A DNA stretch of 64,000 nt, taken from contig NC_067401.1 in the NCBI RefSeq assembly GCF_016432865.1, forward strand, positions 7,378,001 through 7,442,000, in the 5' to 3' direction. Of the stretch, positions 35,996 to 48,630 are shown one piece after another (position 1 is the first letter of the stretch; the number at the start of each line of letters is the position of its first letter). Made by a program: the position numbers and the translations under genes. The notes under the pieces were generated by a model. It searched no databases, had not been told where the DNA came from, and saw only the letters and a list, made by a program, of their open reading frames with translations. Source of the stretch: Antechinus flavipes. Lineage: Eukaryota.

Positions 35996-36100
35996 GGGCC
36001 AAAGGGCTGAGCCATAAACCTGAGAGTAGGGGAGGGTCAGGTCCCACCCAGCAGCGGCTGATCCGAGGCCGGAAAACCCCTGGCCAGGGGACAAAGGGCA
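35996..36100 (+). promoter_or_regulatory. Two HNF4-like DR1 motifs upstream of the RAB17 candidate TSS
   Basis: GGGCCAAAGGGCT (35996-36008) and GGGACAAAGGGCA (36088-36100) compared with RGGNCAAAGKYCA. Confidence 0.35.
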
Positions 36101-38785
36101 ATTCTTTGCTGATCAAGGTCATTGTGGGCCCGTTTCTTCGGCTGCAGGCTCATGGGGCCATGATTTAGAGCCAGAAGGACCATCTAGTCCAACGGCCTTC
36201 ATCGTCCGGCTCTAGACCTACCATCTTATACAAATGGTGGCTCCTGACCCAGCAGGGTTGGCTTCCATTGTAGCTTCTGACGCGAACTAGCCTTGGAGCT
36301 GGAAAAGCCCTGCTCGGGCCGGAACAGGGGGCATCTGCATTGCTACAGACTCCCCAGCAGTTCCAGGCACTAAGAAAAATCAAAGGCACCGACAAAATCG
36401 GCCAAGTGTGCCCTGCCTCTGACTCGTGCCCGGGACAAGGAAACCTTCCGAAAACCAGGCTGGAAGGCCGGAGGGATTTTTCCCCCCTGTCAGGCTCTGC
36501 TTTTTAGGGAGCACCGAACTCCCGGGGTGCTGAGAAAAGACTCCTGGGAGAAATCAAATCCTAGCTCCCCTGAATTGTGGCTACATGACCTCTCTGGGCA
36601 CTAGGCTGCTGCTAAAGGAACCCCTGACCCAAAAAGGTCAAGAACCCCTTTTCTAGTACTAGTCTGCTCTAGACTGATGACCCAAGATGCCTTTCAGAAC
36701 GTCCTAAGATTTCAAGGCTTTCTTTCTCGAGGGAGCTGTCCCTGGGCCGGGGGAGATGAAGAGGCAAAAAGGGGAGGGGGGGGGAGGAGGTACAGACAGG
36801 GGAGAGATGGATGGCAGATAGAGAACCAGCATTTCCCCCCTCCTCCCCATCCCTCTCCCCAGGGCACCAGAAAACCGAGTGCTTGGAACTGACCAATTTT
36901 TCCAGCTTTCCCTGTCCAGAAGTTTCAGAGATTGGGAGGAATTTTCCTGTCTTGGATCTCCTTTCAGATATTCACAGCCCGGAGGCTGCTCTGACTCCCC
37001 CGCCCCACCCCCACCCCATCCCCACCCCCACCCCATCCCCACCCCGCCCCAGCGCCAGGTGAGGCCGTCCCATCGCCCTAACCCCTTTGGGAGGAGTTGG
37101 AATGCTTTGAGGGCTTCCGACGGCTGGGGCGTGGCCTCCTGCTCCAGGCCGCCCCTCCCGGCTGAGAGAGAGGGGGAGGGGGTGATAAGAGGAGGCGGGA
37201 TCCCAGATCCCGGGCTGGGAGGAATCGGAAATCCCCCTGCCCCTTTGCTGCTCTCCCTTCCCCTCTGGGGGCCGCCCAAACCGGCTCCCCTCCTCTGGCG
37301 CGCGGGGGCTCACCCCGAGGTCCCGTCTCCCTTGCCCCCGGCATTGTACGTGCCTGGGAGGTTCCCTCTCTCCTTATCTCCTTCTTTGTCCCTCTCTTCT
37401 TCCTTTAAGGTCGGGACTCAGCTCTTGCCTCCAGCTTCCTTCCCTCCATCCGGGATACCTGGTATTGAACTGCGCTGTGGGTTCCGTTTTAATTCACTTC
37501 ATATTCACCCCGACATCTTTAATGTGTCCCCCCCCCCCCGTTTTGATGTGTTTCTTGTCGGTAGAGCACTTGTCTCCCCCAGCCAGCGCAGGGCATGTAG
37601 TAGGCACTTAATAAATGTTTTCCTATTGCTTGATAATAGGGTGACTGCTGCAAACCCTTATTCTATATTGGGGTGTTTTAATGTCCATGTAGGATGGGCA
37701 AGCCTATCCAGCTGAAGCATCATGGGAGAAGGGGGAACAACAGGAGAAGGGGGGACAAGGACGGGAGAAGGGGGGACAATTCCAGTCAAGGTGAACCATC
37801 ACCGCCATTACCTCGACTACCATGTCTCCTCCAGCTGCCATAAGGACAGCCTGGGAACCTGAGGGCAAGAGCCTTGTCCAGCTCAGCCTTGAAATCATCA
37901 CATGGGAGAGATGAGAGGGAGAGAAGAGGGGCCCACCTTCCTCCCCTCCTGCCTCAATCCTCCCCAAGACAACTTTACAGCTTGGAATTAACAGAGAAAA
38001 AAATTCATCTTTTCCTCTCTTCAATCTAGGAATTTTTTAACCAAATAGTTTGGATAAGGACTGTTTTCTAATATTCTGAGTTCTAGCTCAGGTTCCTTCC
38101 TCCTTTCTTTTCATTATTTCCTTGAGATTCATAACCTTTTGTTCTTCCACATGAGTTTCATTATTATTTTTTCTAGCTCTGTTAAATAATCATTTGATAA
38201 TTTGTCACGCAACTTTTCCGGGCCTCAATTTCTCTACCGTAAAATAAGGAGATTGAACTAGATCTCTAAGACTTCAGATAAGGATAAGGAGTAGATAGGT
38301 AGTCTTGGAACCATCCTCAGACACTTGACTAGCTGTGTGACCCTGGCCAAGTCACTTAACTCCAATTACCTTGAAAAAGACTTCGTACAAGTGGAGGTGG
38401 GATTCTAAATTGAATGAAGGGGTGGATGAGAAGTGCCTTCTAACTCTAGAACAAGGATTCAGATGCTGCCTCTGACACTTCCCAGCCGAGGGACTTCAGG
38501 CTGGTAGATGAACCTCTCAGTCTCAAATTGTTCAGCTGTAAAACGGAGCTAGCAGCAATGGCGGCCAAAGGTCAATGGAACCGGCCAGTGACCCGTGGAT
38601 GCAAAGTAAGGGAAGCAGAGCCAGGGAAACAATAGACAATGTCGAGAAGGAAACAAATGGAGAGTCCACCCTCAGAAGGATGGAAAATGAGTGTTGGGAA
38701 ATTATAATGAAGGAGTCTGGACCACACTGAGAAATGCAGGATGTCCCCCAGATCCTTGCCATATCTAGATGGAGATCCCCTGGGT

Positions 38786-38995
38786 GGGAGGGAGAAAGGA
38801 GGGGAGTTAGAAGAGAAGGAAAAAGGGAGAAAAGAGAGGGGAGCTGGAAGAGAAGGAAGGGGGGAAGAAGGAGAGGGGAACTGGAAGGGAAGGAAGGGGG
38901 GAGAAAGGAGAGGGGAACTGGAAGGGAAGGAAAGAGGGAGAAAGGAGAGGGGAGCTGAAAGGGAAGGCAGGAGGGAGAAAAGAGAGGGCGCTGGA
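38786..38995. repeat. 37-bp purine-rich minisatellite, about 5.5 copies
   Basis: CT/TT interruptions recur at 38807, 38844, 38881, 38918, 38955 and 38991. Confidence 0.9.
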
Positions 38996-39448
38996 TAGCA
39001 GCAGGTTTCTGGAAGATGGAGGATTCCTGGTGGGTCAAACCAGGCTTGGGAAACTTGTGCCATCCATCCCAGCTTTGGAAGGTTAAATACCATCTCCTTA
39101 GTGACTGGATTTTATTCATCCTTAGGATCCTAGAAGCCCAGATTTAGAGTGAAAAGGATTCAGAGAGACACATGTGCATGGACGTTTTCATGGATGGGTT
39201 TTATTACTTATCTTGTCTCTTCCCATTTTTTATTCTAAAATATCCTTGTTATGAGGGATGCTCCTCCAGAAAGGGAGAGGGAGAGAGGCCCTGAAGAAAT
39301 TCTGGTGGCATAAAAAAGCCTCAAAAGAAATTAGTAAAAAGTTTATTTAAAAATAAAAGAGTGGAAAAGGAAAAAGTGTTTGTTAGAGATGGTGGGTAAC
39401 AGGAAGGGGAGCTGGGCTGGGCGAAGAGTGAGGGCGGACATGCTCTAT

Positions 39449-39540
39449 AAGATGATGATGATGATGATGGTCATTATGATGATATTGGTGAGGATGGCAG
39501 TGATGATGATGATGATATTATTGATGATGATGGTGATGAG
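39449..39540. repeat. Degenerate (GAT)n microsatellite
   Basis: Directly visible. Confidence 0.9.
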
Positions 39541-41117
39541 AGCATCCTTAGTGTTTCAGGTTTTCAGATCACTTTACATCTATTATCTCACTTGATCCTC
39601 AGATCGGTGCTATTATGATTCCCATTTTGTAGATGAGGAAATTGGCACCGCCCATCCATGTGTGAGATTCATAAACGAGCTGTTTGGTTTCTCTGAATCC
39701 TTTTGGCTCCAAATCTTCCTGACTCCAAGCCCAGCACTCTCTCCGGCAAGGCCTTCCCAACCTGGGGGACTTCGGAAATCGAATTCACCTTCACCTCAAA
39801 AGGCAGACCCAGCAGTCTTGGAAAGTAAAGTAGGAGGGACTGAGAGATGGCCCAGAAAGCCCCCTGGGCCTCTGCCTGTAGGACTCATCAGTGTTTGCTA
39901 AAGAGGAACACGTTTGCACTCAAAGGAATCGCATGTGGGGACAGGAAACCTCAGTGAGGGCAGGTGAGGGGCAGAGCCCCCCCAGGCTCTCCTCCAAATG
40001 CAGGACTTGCCAGAGCTCGCACTTCCTCCCAGAAACTCTGCCCTTCGTTCTCCAAGAGGACCCTGACGTCATAGAGATGATGCTGTCACATGCAAGTGAA
40101 TTGGATGTAAAGGAGGGAGGCTTGTGCAATGAGCCCACCAAAGACCCAGCCCTTCCCCTTCTCGTTGATAGCGTCCTGCCCCCGGAACTCAACTCCCACC
40201 TCTGGGTGCCAACACCTGCCGGGGAGCCTCAGGCTTCTGGTCCCACTGTCTGCCTGAATTCCTCCAGTTCTGGGGTTCCCCCTCCCCCTCTCCTCTGTCT
40301 GCCTTAGTATCTCTGCAGCTGACCCCCCAACACTTGAGCCTCTGTCCCTGCAGGGCCCTTCCAGAACTCTGGGGCCCTTCCTTCCATCCTTCCAGCCCAA
40401 ACTCCAATGGGACAGAAACAGTCGGGGTCCTAACAAGGAGGCCGGGAGGCAGCAAAGTGGGTAACGGAGTGACCCTGGGGGTCGGGGAGCTCTGGGCTGG
40501 AATCCCTCATCAAACACTTCAGGGCCCTTGAACCTCTCTCATCTTTAGTTTTTTCACCTGTTAAATGGGGAGGATAATAGTAAAAGTAGCTCCCAGGGTT
40601 GTGAGAATTAAATGAGATCTGAGAGAGACATGTATATATGCACATGCATGTATATTTATGTAGGCATGTGTTTGTATGTTTATATGTACCATGTTTCTAT
40701 GTGCACTGTGTGGTTACCACATGTATGCAGATATAATCTGTGTGTATATTTATGTACTTTATTATATACATATATTATGTGAACATCGTTATGATGGTGA
40801 TAGCTGGGATATAGACAAGGCTTTAAAGTTTACAATAATTACCCTATGGACATATGGAATGGGCAGAGATATAAATATGTATGGATACATGTAGGTGTGT
40901 CTACGTTATATACATAGGGTGAGTGTATGTATATGTGTGGAGAGGACATATAGAAAAGAGAGATATATTAGAGAGGGCAGAGAAGTGTCTCTGTGTGGAT
41001 TACACTTGGCAGTCCTTAAGACCCAACGATAAACAGAATAATAGTAGTTATCACTGTTTTTTTTAATGACAGTGATCAGTGTTTTCCTTCCTTGTAATGG
41101 GCGGCTGAGGTTCAGTG

Positions 41118-41131
41118 CTGCCACCTCCTGG
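41118..41131 (-). promoter_or_regulatory. CTCF-like motif, reverse
   Basis: The minus strand reads CCAGGAGGTGGCAG (13/14), within a CpG-containing patch. Confidence 0.5.
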
Positions 41132-42549
41132 CAGTATTAATCCGCGAGATTTACCCCGTAGCTTGGAAGAAATACTTTTTTTTAATTCACTCATTTGAAA
41201 ATTACAAGTTTGAGGCTAAGCAAAAAAACCAAAAAAGCCTGCTATAAAGTCATGGAGAAAGACCGTGCGTCCCGATGGGTGGGGGAGGCTGGGACACCTC
41301 TGACCGGTCTTGGCTTTGTGACTGTGGATCGGTCCCTTCCCATCTCAGGGCTCCCTGTGACTGTAAGCCGCAGAACCAGGGCTGGGCCGTTTCCTTCCAG
41401 TGTCCTTCCAATCCTTAGAGACCCCAACTCTTGAAAGAGAATCATGGGAAAGAGCATCCGCGGCCTAGGATCAATACCAATGCACTGGTAGGAGCTTTCT
41501 CCGACATATCCCTTGTCCAGAAAAGAATAGGCTCCTCCCTGATGGGATCGTGTGAGACCCGATGGGAAGGAACTTTGCAAACACTGAAAGTGGGTGAATA
41601 TCGGCGATCGGATCGTCGTTGTTCTTATTCTTTCAGTTAACGTGGAGGCCGCGGGGCTGCCAGAGGCTGCCGGAGTGGAGTCGGGGCGGCAGAGCAAACG
41701 TTTGTCTGTGAGTGTCGGAGGAACAGTTTGTTCCGGAAAGCATCTGGAATGCTGGGGCTGATGAGATATTAAGGGAGACGAGAAAACTGACATTAACCCG
41801 GGGAACTCTGGACCAGGGTGAAGAGAAACAAGCCTCAAGTGAAAAAAAAAAAAAATTCCCCTCCTTTAGCTTCTGTTGTTGCAGACTGATAGGACCGAAC
41901 AAGAACTGAGGAGGAAAAGGACAAAATTGTGTAAACTGATCCCCAGCCCCCACCCCCTTCTTTTCATAGATTCCAAACCCCTGACTTTAGATCTCAAAGC
42001 CCTTAAGGTTGAAAGGGGCCTTAGAAGTCTTCTGGTTCATTCCCCTCATTTTAGAAATGGGGAAACTGAGACCCTAAGTGGTGAAGGGATTTGTGCCCAA
42101 GGTCACCCAGGAAGTCAGTGGCAAAACCCAGTCAAAAGGCATTGAGGTCATCGGAGCCTTTCACCCCACATCTAGTTCTCTTTCTGGAGAATGTTTGCTT
42201 TTTCCTTTAACTCTCTAGAACCTAATGCAGTAGCTGCCACACAGTAGGTGCTTTACAAGTGATTGATTGTCTGACTGTAACAGCTGGAGAGCTTTCTGAG
42301 CAGAGGGCCCCGGCTTCTTTATAATCTTGGCAAGTCCAGTGCCCAGTACGGTACCCAGCGCATAGTAGGCATTTTCTCCATTCTAGTACATAGCCATCTA
42401 GTCCTTTCACACAGAAGGAAACTGAGATCCAGAAAGAATACGTGACCTAAGATCACTCAGGCAGTAAGAGACAGGGAGGACATTCAATCCCTGGGCCTCA
42501 GACCAGAATTCCGGTCAATGACTCACTCATGAGTGTGAAGGATTCATTC

Positions 42550-42563
42550 TTGCCACCTCCTGG
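42550..42563 (-). promoter_or_regulatory. CTCF-like motif, reverse
   Basis: The minus strand reads CCAGGAGGTGGCAA (12/14). Confidence 0.45.
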
Positions 42564-43859
42564 CAGGAAAGGCACTTCCTGAAAGAGAGGCCCTCAAATG
42601 TGGGGAGGGGGCAACGTAGGGGTCCTTCAAAGACCTGCTCTAAACTCCTCTGCCAAGGGGAAATTCATTATGGAAACTCTGAGTAGAATGAGGGAGAGAT
42701 TCCCCGCTCTGCCACCTTTCAACTCCAAGTCACTCTGGGAGTCCCTGAGCCAGAGGAAACTTTCTGGAAGGAATTTGAATTTGTTCAGAAGCCTGGAGGG
42801 GAGACTCTGGCTACTATTTTTATAACAAATTGTGTGAAGAGGGTCCAAGCCAGAAATTGGTCATTTAATTTTTATTATTAATTAATAACTAAATTTTAAT
42901 TTAATTTTTTTGGCTTTTTCTCTTCTGCAAAGAACAATAGTGATACTCTATTGTGTTTCAAGGTACTGATTCCATTACAGGGACCCAGAATCTTGGAGCT
43001 ATGGGGACTGCCTGGGCCATCGAGCGCAACTGGAACCTACACAAGACTTCCTGAACTCTGGAGCTCAGCACCCTAAGTGACGTCCGGTAGATCCCTCGAA
43101 TGGCCACATGGCAAATCTCTGGCTAAGCCAAGGGCTCCTCGGGCCCTTTCCTTTTCTGCCCCTCGGGTTCTTGGGAAGTGTCACGGGCTTCCCAGCGGCT
43201 GCCCTGCTGACCCAGTGCTCCTTGGGGTGGGCAGCACAGGAGGAAGAGTGACCGAGTGTCTGAACCAGGGCCAGCGTCTCTCTGCTGGGCTACGCTGCCC
43301 CCTCATCTCTGATAACCGGCCCCCGGAGCCCATCGCTAGGGTGGGATCGGCTTGGCGTGGCTTTCTGTCCAGCTCTCCGATTTCACTGCTGTGGAAATCC
43401 CCTCCCCCAAGGCTGGCTAGCCATTTGCCCATAAATTATTCATCCAAAAGCAGTGGTTTCAAACTAAAATCGAAATCTCCCAATTAGAAAGCCACAAATG
43501 ACCATTATGTGTTTTAGCGAATTTTTATTTATTTTGTTAAATATTTCTCAATTACGTTTTATTCTGGTTCTAGACAAAGCTTCCTCTGGTGGGCTGCCCT
43601 CGATGCCTCTGTCTGGTCCCGGGAAGCTGTGACCTGGCTGGGCACAAAGCCCACTGTCATAAAGGATGAAAGCTTTGAAAGAGGCCTTAGAGGCCATGAG
43701 GATGGGGAAACTGAGGCCCATGGAGGGAGGTTATTTGCTAAGGTAGCTGGGGTCTTAAGGATCAGATCAGGTTTTCCTGACTGTCTCATGGTGCCCTTGT
43801 GAGTTCATGGAACATCTATGTATCCCAGACTCTCAACTTAATTGTATTTTCTTTCATTT

Positions 43860-44041
43860 ATTTAATTTATTTGCTTATCCATCCGTTTATTTATTTGTTT
43901 GTTTTGCTGAGGCAATTGGGGTTAAATGACTTGCCCAGGGTCACACAGCTGGGAAGTGTTAAGTGTCTGAGGTCAGATTTGAACTCAGGTCCTCCTGACT
44001 TCAGGGCTGGTGCTCTACCCACTGGACCACCTAGCTGCCCC
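43860..44041 (-). mobile_element. WSINE1-like SINE
   Basis: Full body on the minus strand with a T-rich tail, and a degraded TSD tcaacttaattgtatt / tcaattcaattttatt. Confidence 0.88.
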
Positions 44042-44301
44042 TCAATTCAATTTTATTAAGCATTTTCTATGCCCAAGGTGTGTGCTAAATGCTAAGGTTA
44101 GACCCAAAGAAGGGATGTCCTGTGCCCTCATGAAGCTCGCCTTTTCTTTGAGGAGATAAATATGTACTAGCAAAGTACCGCCAATGTAAGGTGCTGTGAA
44201 TGGCCCGCTATTGCCAGACTCCACACCGGGAGCACAGGCTGTTCTGTGTGACCGGAACACCTCCTCCTCACCTTGCTGGTGCAGCAACAACCCCAGCCCC
44301 A

Positions 44302-44454
44302 NNNNNNNNNNNNNNNNNNNNNNNNNNNNNNNNNNNNNNNNNNNNNNNNNNNNNNNNNNNNNNNNNNNNNNNNNNNNNNNNNNNNNNNNNNNNNNNNNNN
44401 NNNNNNNNNNNNNNNNNNNNNNNNNNNNNNNNNNNNNNNNNNNNNNNNNNNNNN
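44302..44454. other. Assembly gap (N run)
   Basis: Run of N. Confidence 1.
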
Positions 44455-46429
44455 TCTGCTCCCTCCCCTCCATCTTTGCCGATAGAACGGAAGCTCCTCC
44501 AGAGCGGAACAAGGGCATTTTCATCTCTGTGCCCTCGGCCCCAAGCTCAGAGCCTGCCACCTGGCAGATGTTTACCAAATGGCTGTGGACCCGATGAATG
44601 AATGAATGAATGAATGAATGAATGACTCCTCCTCCTTAGTTTCATTATGGCAATGAAGTGGCTTTGGGGTCAGTAGAGAGATGAGGTCCTGGAGTGCAGG
44701 AGGGAGGGGATGTGACTGAGGGAGCCAGGAGCCGGTCTCTGTGGGAGCTTCGGGCAAGTCCTTCCTGGACCTCACCAGTCTAACGAGGGCTGTATTGGGA
44801 GAACTCTAACGTCCCAACTAGCTCAGGGTGTACGAGAAGAGCTCCCCTGGGCCCCACGTGTGAATGAGGGTGATGGTCCAATGGCCTTGAGCCCTCTCAG
44901 CTCCAGAGCTTGATCAGGGAAGGCTTCTTGGAAGAGGTGGCGTTCAAAAGGAGTAAATGGATGAGGAAGCAGAGGGGAAGGGGAAGGGGTCGTTCCTCTT
45001 GCTCCTCTTCACGGCCCTCTGAGTGCCAAACAGCCAGCTGACTTCTTCCTTCTTCCGAGTCTTCACCGGCTTCCTTGGCATTTTGCCCACAGCTTGGCTT
45101 GGTCTGGCCATTAGCCCCTGGCACGGCTCCTTCAAGCCGACTCTGGACCTTTGGAAGTTTACGCGGCCTCCAGGAACGTCCCAGCACATTGAGAATTAAT
45201 TGGGGGGGGGGTGATCCCTGGCTCTGGAGCTGCCCGGCCCTTCCACTTCTCCAACCCAAGAAATGTCATATTTCCTGCACCACCGAGCCGGGAGGGCCGG
45301 CGAAAGTGCTGGAGAAACTCCCTCTCCCAGGACTGGGCCTTCCCCAAAACTCGCAGACTATAGAGAGTCGCCTGATGCACTGAAGACTGAACACAGCAAG
45401 CAAGCGGGCCAGAGAGGCGGGATCGGGATCCCGCTCTTCCTGTTTCAGGCTCTCCTCCATGACATCCTGGGATCTGGCTGGCTGGTCCCCTCTCCTTCCA
45501 GGGCCAAACTCACATCTTGCTGCACGTTATCAGGGCTTCTGAGCCCACACAGGATGAGCCCTTGTGAGGCATGCTGGGAAGAAACTGGGCTGGGTGGTCC
45601 TGAGGGGCCACCCCTGAGATTCTGGGAGGCCGTTAGCCAGGGGAAGACCCTTTTCTGCCAAGGCAGCCGTTCTCCTAGAGATCAGCACGGCTTCTTGGAA
45701 AGGTTTGCTCCCTCAGTCTGCCTTTCTGCACCTTCTACCTGTTGTTATTAGCTCTGCCTTCTGGAGTCAAGCAGGACAGATGGGAGCCCTCTTCTGAGGG
45801 AGCATTTCACCTGGACAGAAAGAAAAATAAAGGTCTGGGAAAAGGTCACAGGCCTGCCCCAGAGGCATGAAAATTAGTCCCTAGACTAATGGGGGACCCC
45901 AAATCTGACAGAATGCTCTGTCTCTGTCTCTCTGTCTCTGGCAGCCTCTGTCTCTCTCCATCTTTCCCTGATTTTTTTCCTCTGTCTATCTCTGTCTGTT
46001 TTTCTCTGTCTTTGTTTCTCTATCTCTATCTTTCCCTATTTCTGTCTCTGTCTTTGTGTAACTCTTTCTCTCAGCTAATAATTTCTTTTTTTTTAGGCCA
46101 ATAATTTCTTGACTCGCTTTAGGGTTAATTCTATCCTTCAAAAGGTCACAAGCACCACCAAAGAGGAATGCCTATTCTGGGTCTGGTTCTCACTAACAGG
46201 AAAAAAACTAGTGCTGGGGTGAAATTAAAGGAAATCTTGGGGAGAAGTGACTGTAGTTAGCACTTCTATAGCACCTTAAGGTTAAATGATTTGCCCAAGG
46301 TCTCACAGTTAGGAAGTATCTGAGGCAAGATTTGAACTCAGATCTTCCCAAATCTGAATCTTGCCCACTCCACTGTGCCATCTACTTTGATAGAGAGAGT
46401 GAAGAAAACTGGACATAGTCTGCTACCAG

Positions 46430-48630
46430 CCTAGATTCTCTGAAACAAAAATATCAAAGGATTAGGAGAAAAGAAAGATAGGATCCCATAGAGTAAAATG
46501 CTTCAGAGTAAGCCAACCCAGGAGGGATAGCAGATATTCAAGAATGAAATTTTAAAGGCACAAAAGGAAACCATTCCAGTGAGGAGGAAAATTCGGATTT
46601 GTTTAAATAGATCAGTGTGGATGCATAGGAAACAGCAAATATAAGTCAAACATAGAATTCTTCTAAGCATATTTCCATATCTGTGCAAAAAAAAAAATCA
46701 GATCAAAAGGAAAAAACACGACAGGAAAAAAACATGCAAACAACAACAAAAGGTGAAAATGCTCTATTTTGATCCACATTCAGTCTCCATAATTTTCTCT
46801 CTGGATGCAGATAGTTCTTTCCATCCCAAGTCTATTGGAATGGCCCTGAATCACCTCAGGGAAGAGCCAAGTCCATGCTAGTTGATCATCATAAAATCTT
46901 GTTGTTACTATTCTCTTGGTTCTACTAACTCAGCATCAGTTCATGCAAGGCTTTCCAGGCTTTCCTGAAATCAGCCTCCTCATCATTTCTTATAGAACAA
47001 TAATATTCCATAATATTCGTATGCCATAACTTATTCAGCCATTCATCAGCTGATGAGCATCCACTCAGTTTCTAGTTCCTTGTCACTACAAAAAAAAAAA
47101 AAATAGTACAAACATTTTTGCACTGTGGGTTCTTTTTTATGATCTTTTTGTTATATTGACCCAGTAGAGACACTGCTGGATAAAAGGGTGTACCCGGTTT
47201 GATAACTCTTTGGATATAGTTTCAAATTGCTTTCCAGAATGGTTGGATCAGGGCACAACTCTACCAACAATGCATTAGTGTCCCAGTTTTCTCACATCAC
47301 TTCCAACATTTATCATTATCTTTTCCTGTCATCTTAGTCAATCTGAGAGGTGTGACATGGTACCTCAGATTAGTCTTAATTTGCATTTTTCTAATCAATA
47401 ATGACTTAGAGCTTTTCTTTTCATATGACCAGAAATGGCTTTAATTTTTTCATCTGAAAATTGTCAATTCACATCCTTTGACCATTTATCATTTGGGAAA
47501 AGGCTTGTATTCTTATAAATATAAGTCAGTTCTCTACATGTCTTAGAAATGAGGCTTTTATCAGAAACATGATAAAATTTTTTTCTAGTTTTCTGCTTCA
47601 CTGCCAATATTGGCTGCATTGATTTTGTTTGTACAAAACCTTGTTAATTTAATATAATCAAAATTATCCATTTTGCCTTTCATAATATTCTCTAGTTCTT
47701 CTTTGGTTATAAATTCCTCCCTTCTCCACAGATCTGAGAGATAGACTATCCCTTATTCCCCTCATTTACTTATAGCATCACCCTTTATATCTAAATTATA
47801 GACCCATTTCAACATTATCTTGGTATCGGGTAATACATTTCCATTTCAAGAAAACATATACAATAATAGAAGAAATTATACTCATAAGAGTCCATCTTTT
47901 AAAGCATTAACTTTTGCACTTTGGTAGCAAAAAGAAGTAATTTCATCCCTGTGAGATAGAGATGGTGTGGTTAGATAGCAATTATTTAGAAAAATCTCTA
48001 AAGGTTTGTGGTAGACTGAGCTTGGTTTTAGTCTGCAGTATAATATAGCAGCCAGAGAAAGCTGGTACAATCCTGGGCTTCGCTGAGAGGCTCAGCTGCC
48101 AGAATCGAGGTAATAGTACCACCAAACTCTGCTCTCGTGAAGAGTATGGTGCTCAGTCTTGGGCAGCACAGTTCAAGATCCTTTCCATTGAAAAAGTGAA
48201 GAGTTCCCAGACAAAAACTATCAAGCTGCCTCAACTGCATTAATATCCAAATCCCTTGGAGGAATTGAATATTTTTAGCCTAGAGAACAGAAGAGTATTG
48301 AGGAGACTTGGGAGCCATCTTTAAGTCTATCACTTGGAGGGGAGATTAGAGTTGTTCTGTTTGGCACAAGAAGCAGAACCAGGGGCAATGGGTGGGAGTT
48401 GTAAAGAGGCAAATTAAATTCAATATGAAAGGGAAAAAATTCTTAACAACTGGAACTGTCCAAACATGACTTGGGCTGCCTTTATGAGTGATCAGTTCTA
48501 TCTCCGGGGAGATCTTTAAACAGAGGAGGGATGGCCGTTTGTCAGACTTGTTAGAGTGAGGAATCTTTTGGTGTATGGACTGGATTAGATGGTCACTGGG
48601 GTTTCTTAAAATTCAAAATTCTATGAGTCT
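46430..48630 (+). mobile_element. L3/CR1 fragments (46430-46680 and about 47900-48630) separated by an L1
   Basis: CR1-like ORF2 and 3' text (tttagcctagagaacagaaga, accaggggcaatgggtgggag, ...aattctatga). Confidence 0.7.
46680..47830 (-). mobile_element. L1 3' fragment
   Basis: Antisense L1 3' UTR and ORF2 end (cattagtgtcccagttttctcacatc, acctcagattagtcttaatttgcatt). Confidence 0.88.

Noticed and set aside
36879-37715. 278-aa ORF
   Set aside because: GC-rich promoter-like sequence is depleted of stop codons. The product is Pro/Gly-rich low complexity with no recognisable domain.
39891-40307. 138-aa protein-like ORF
   Set aside because: Its core (ccttcgttctccaagaggacc...gtgaattggatgtaa) is a marsupial SINE/RTE-derived repeat fragment.
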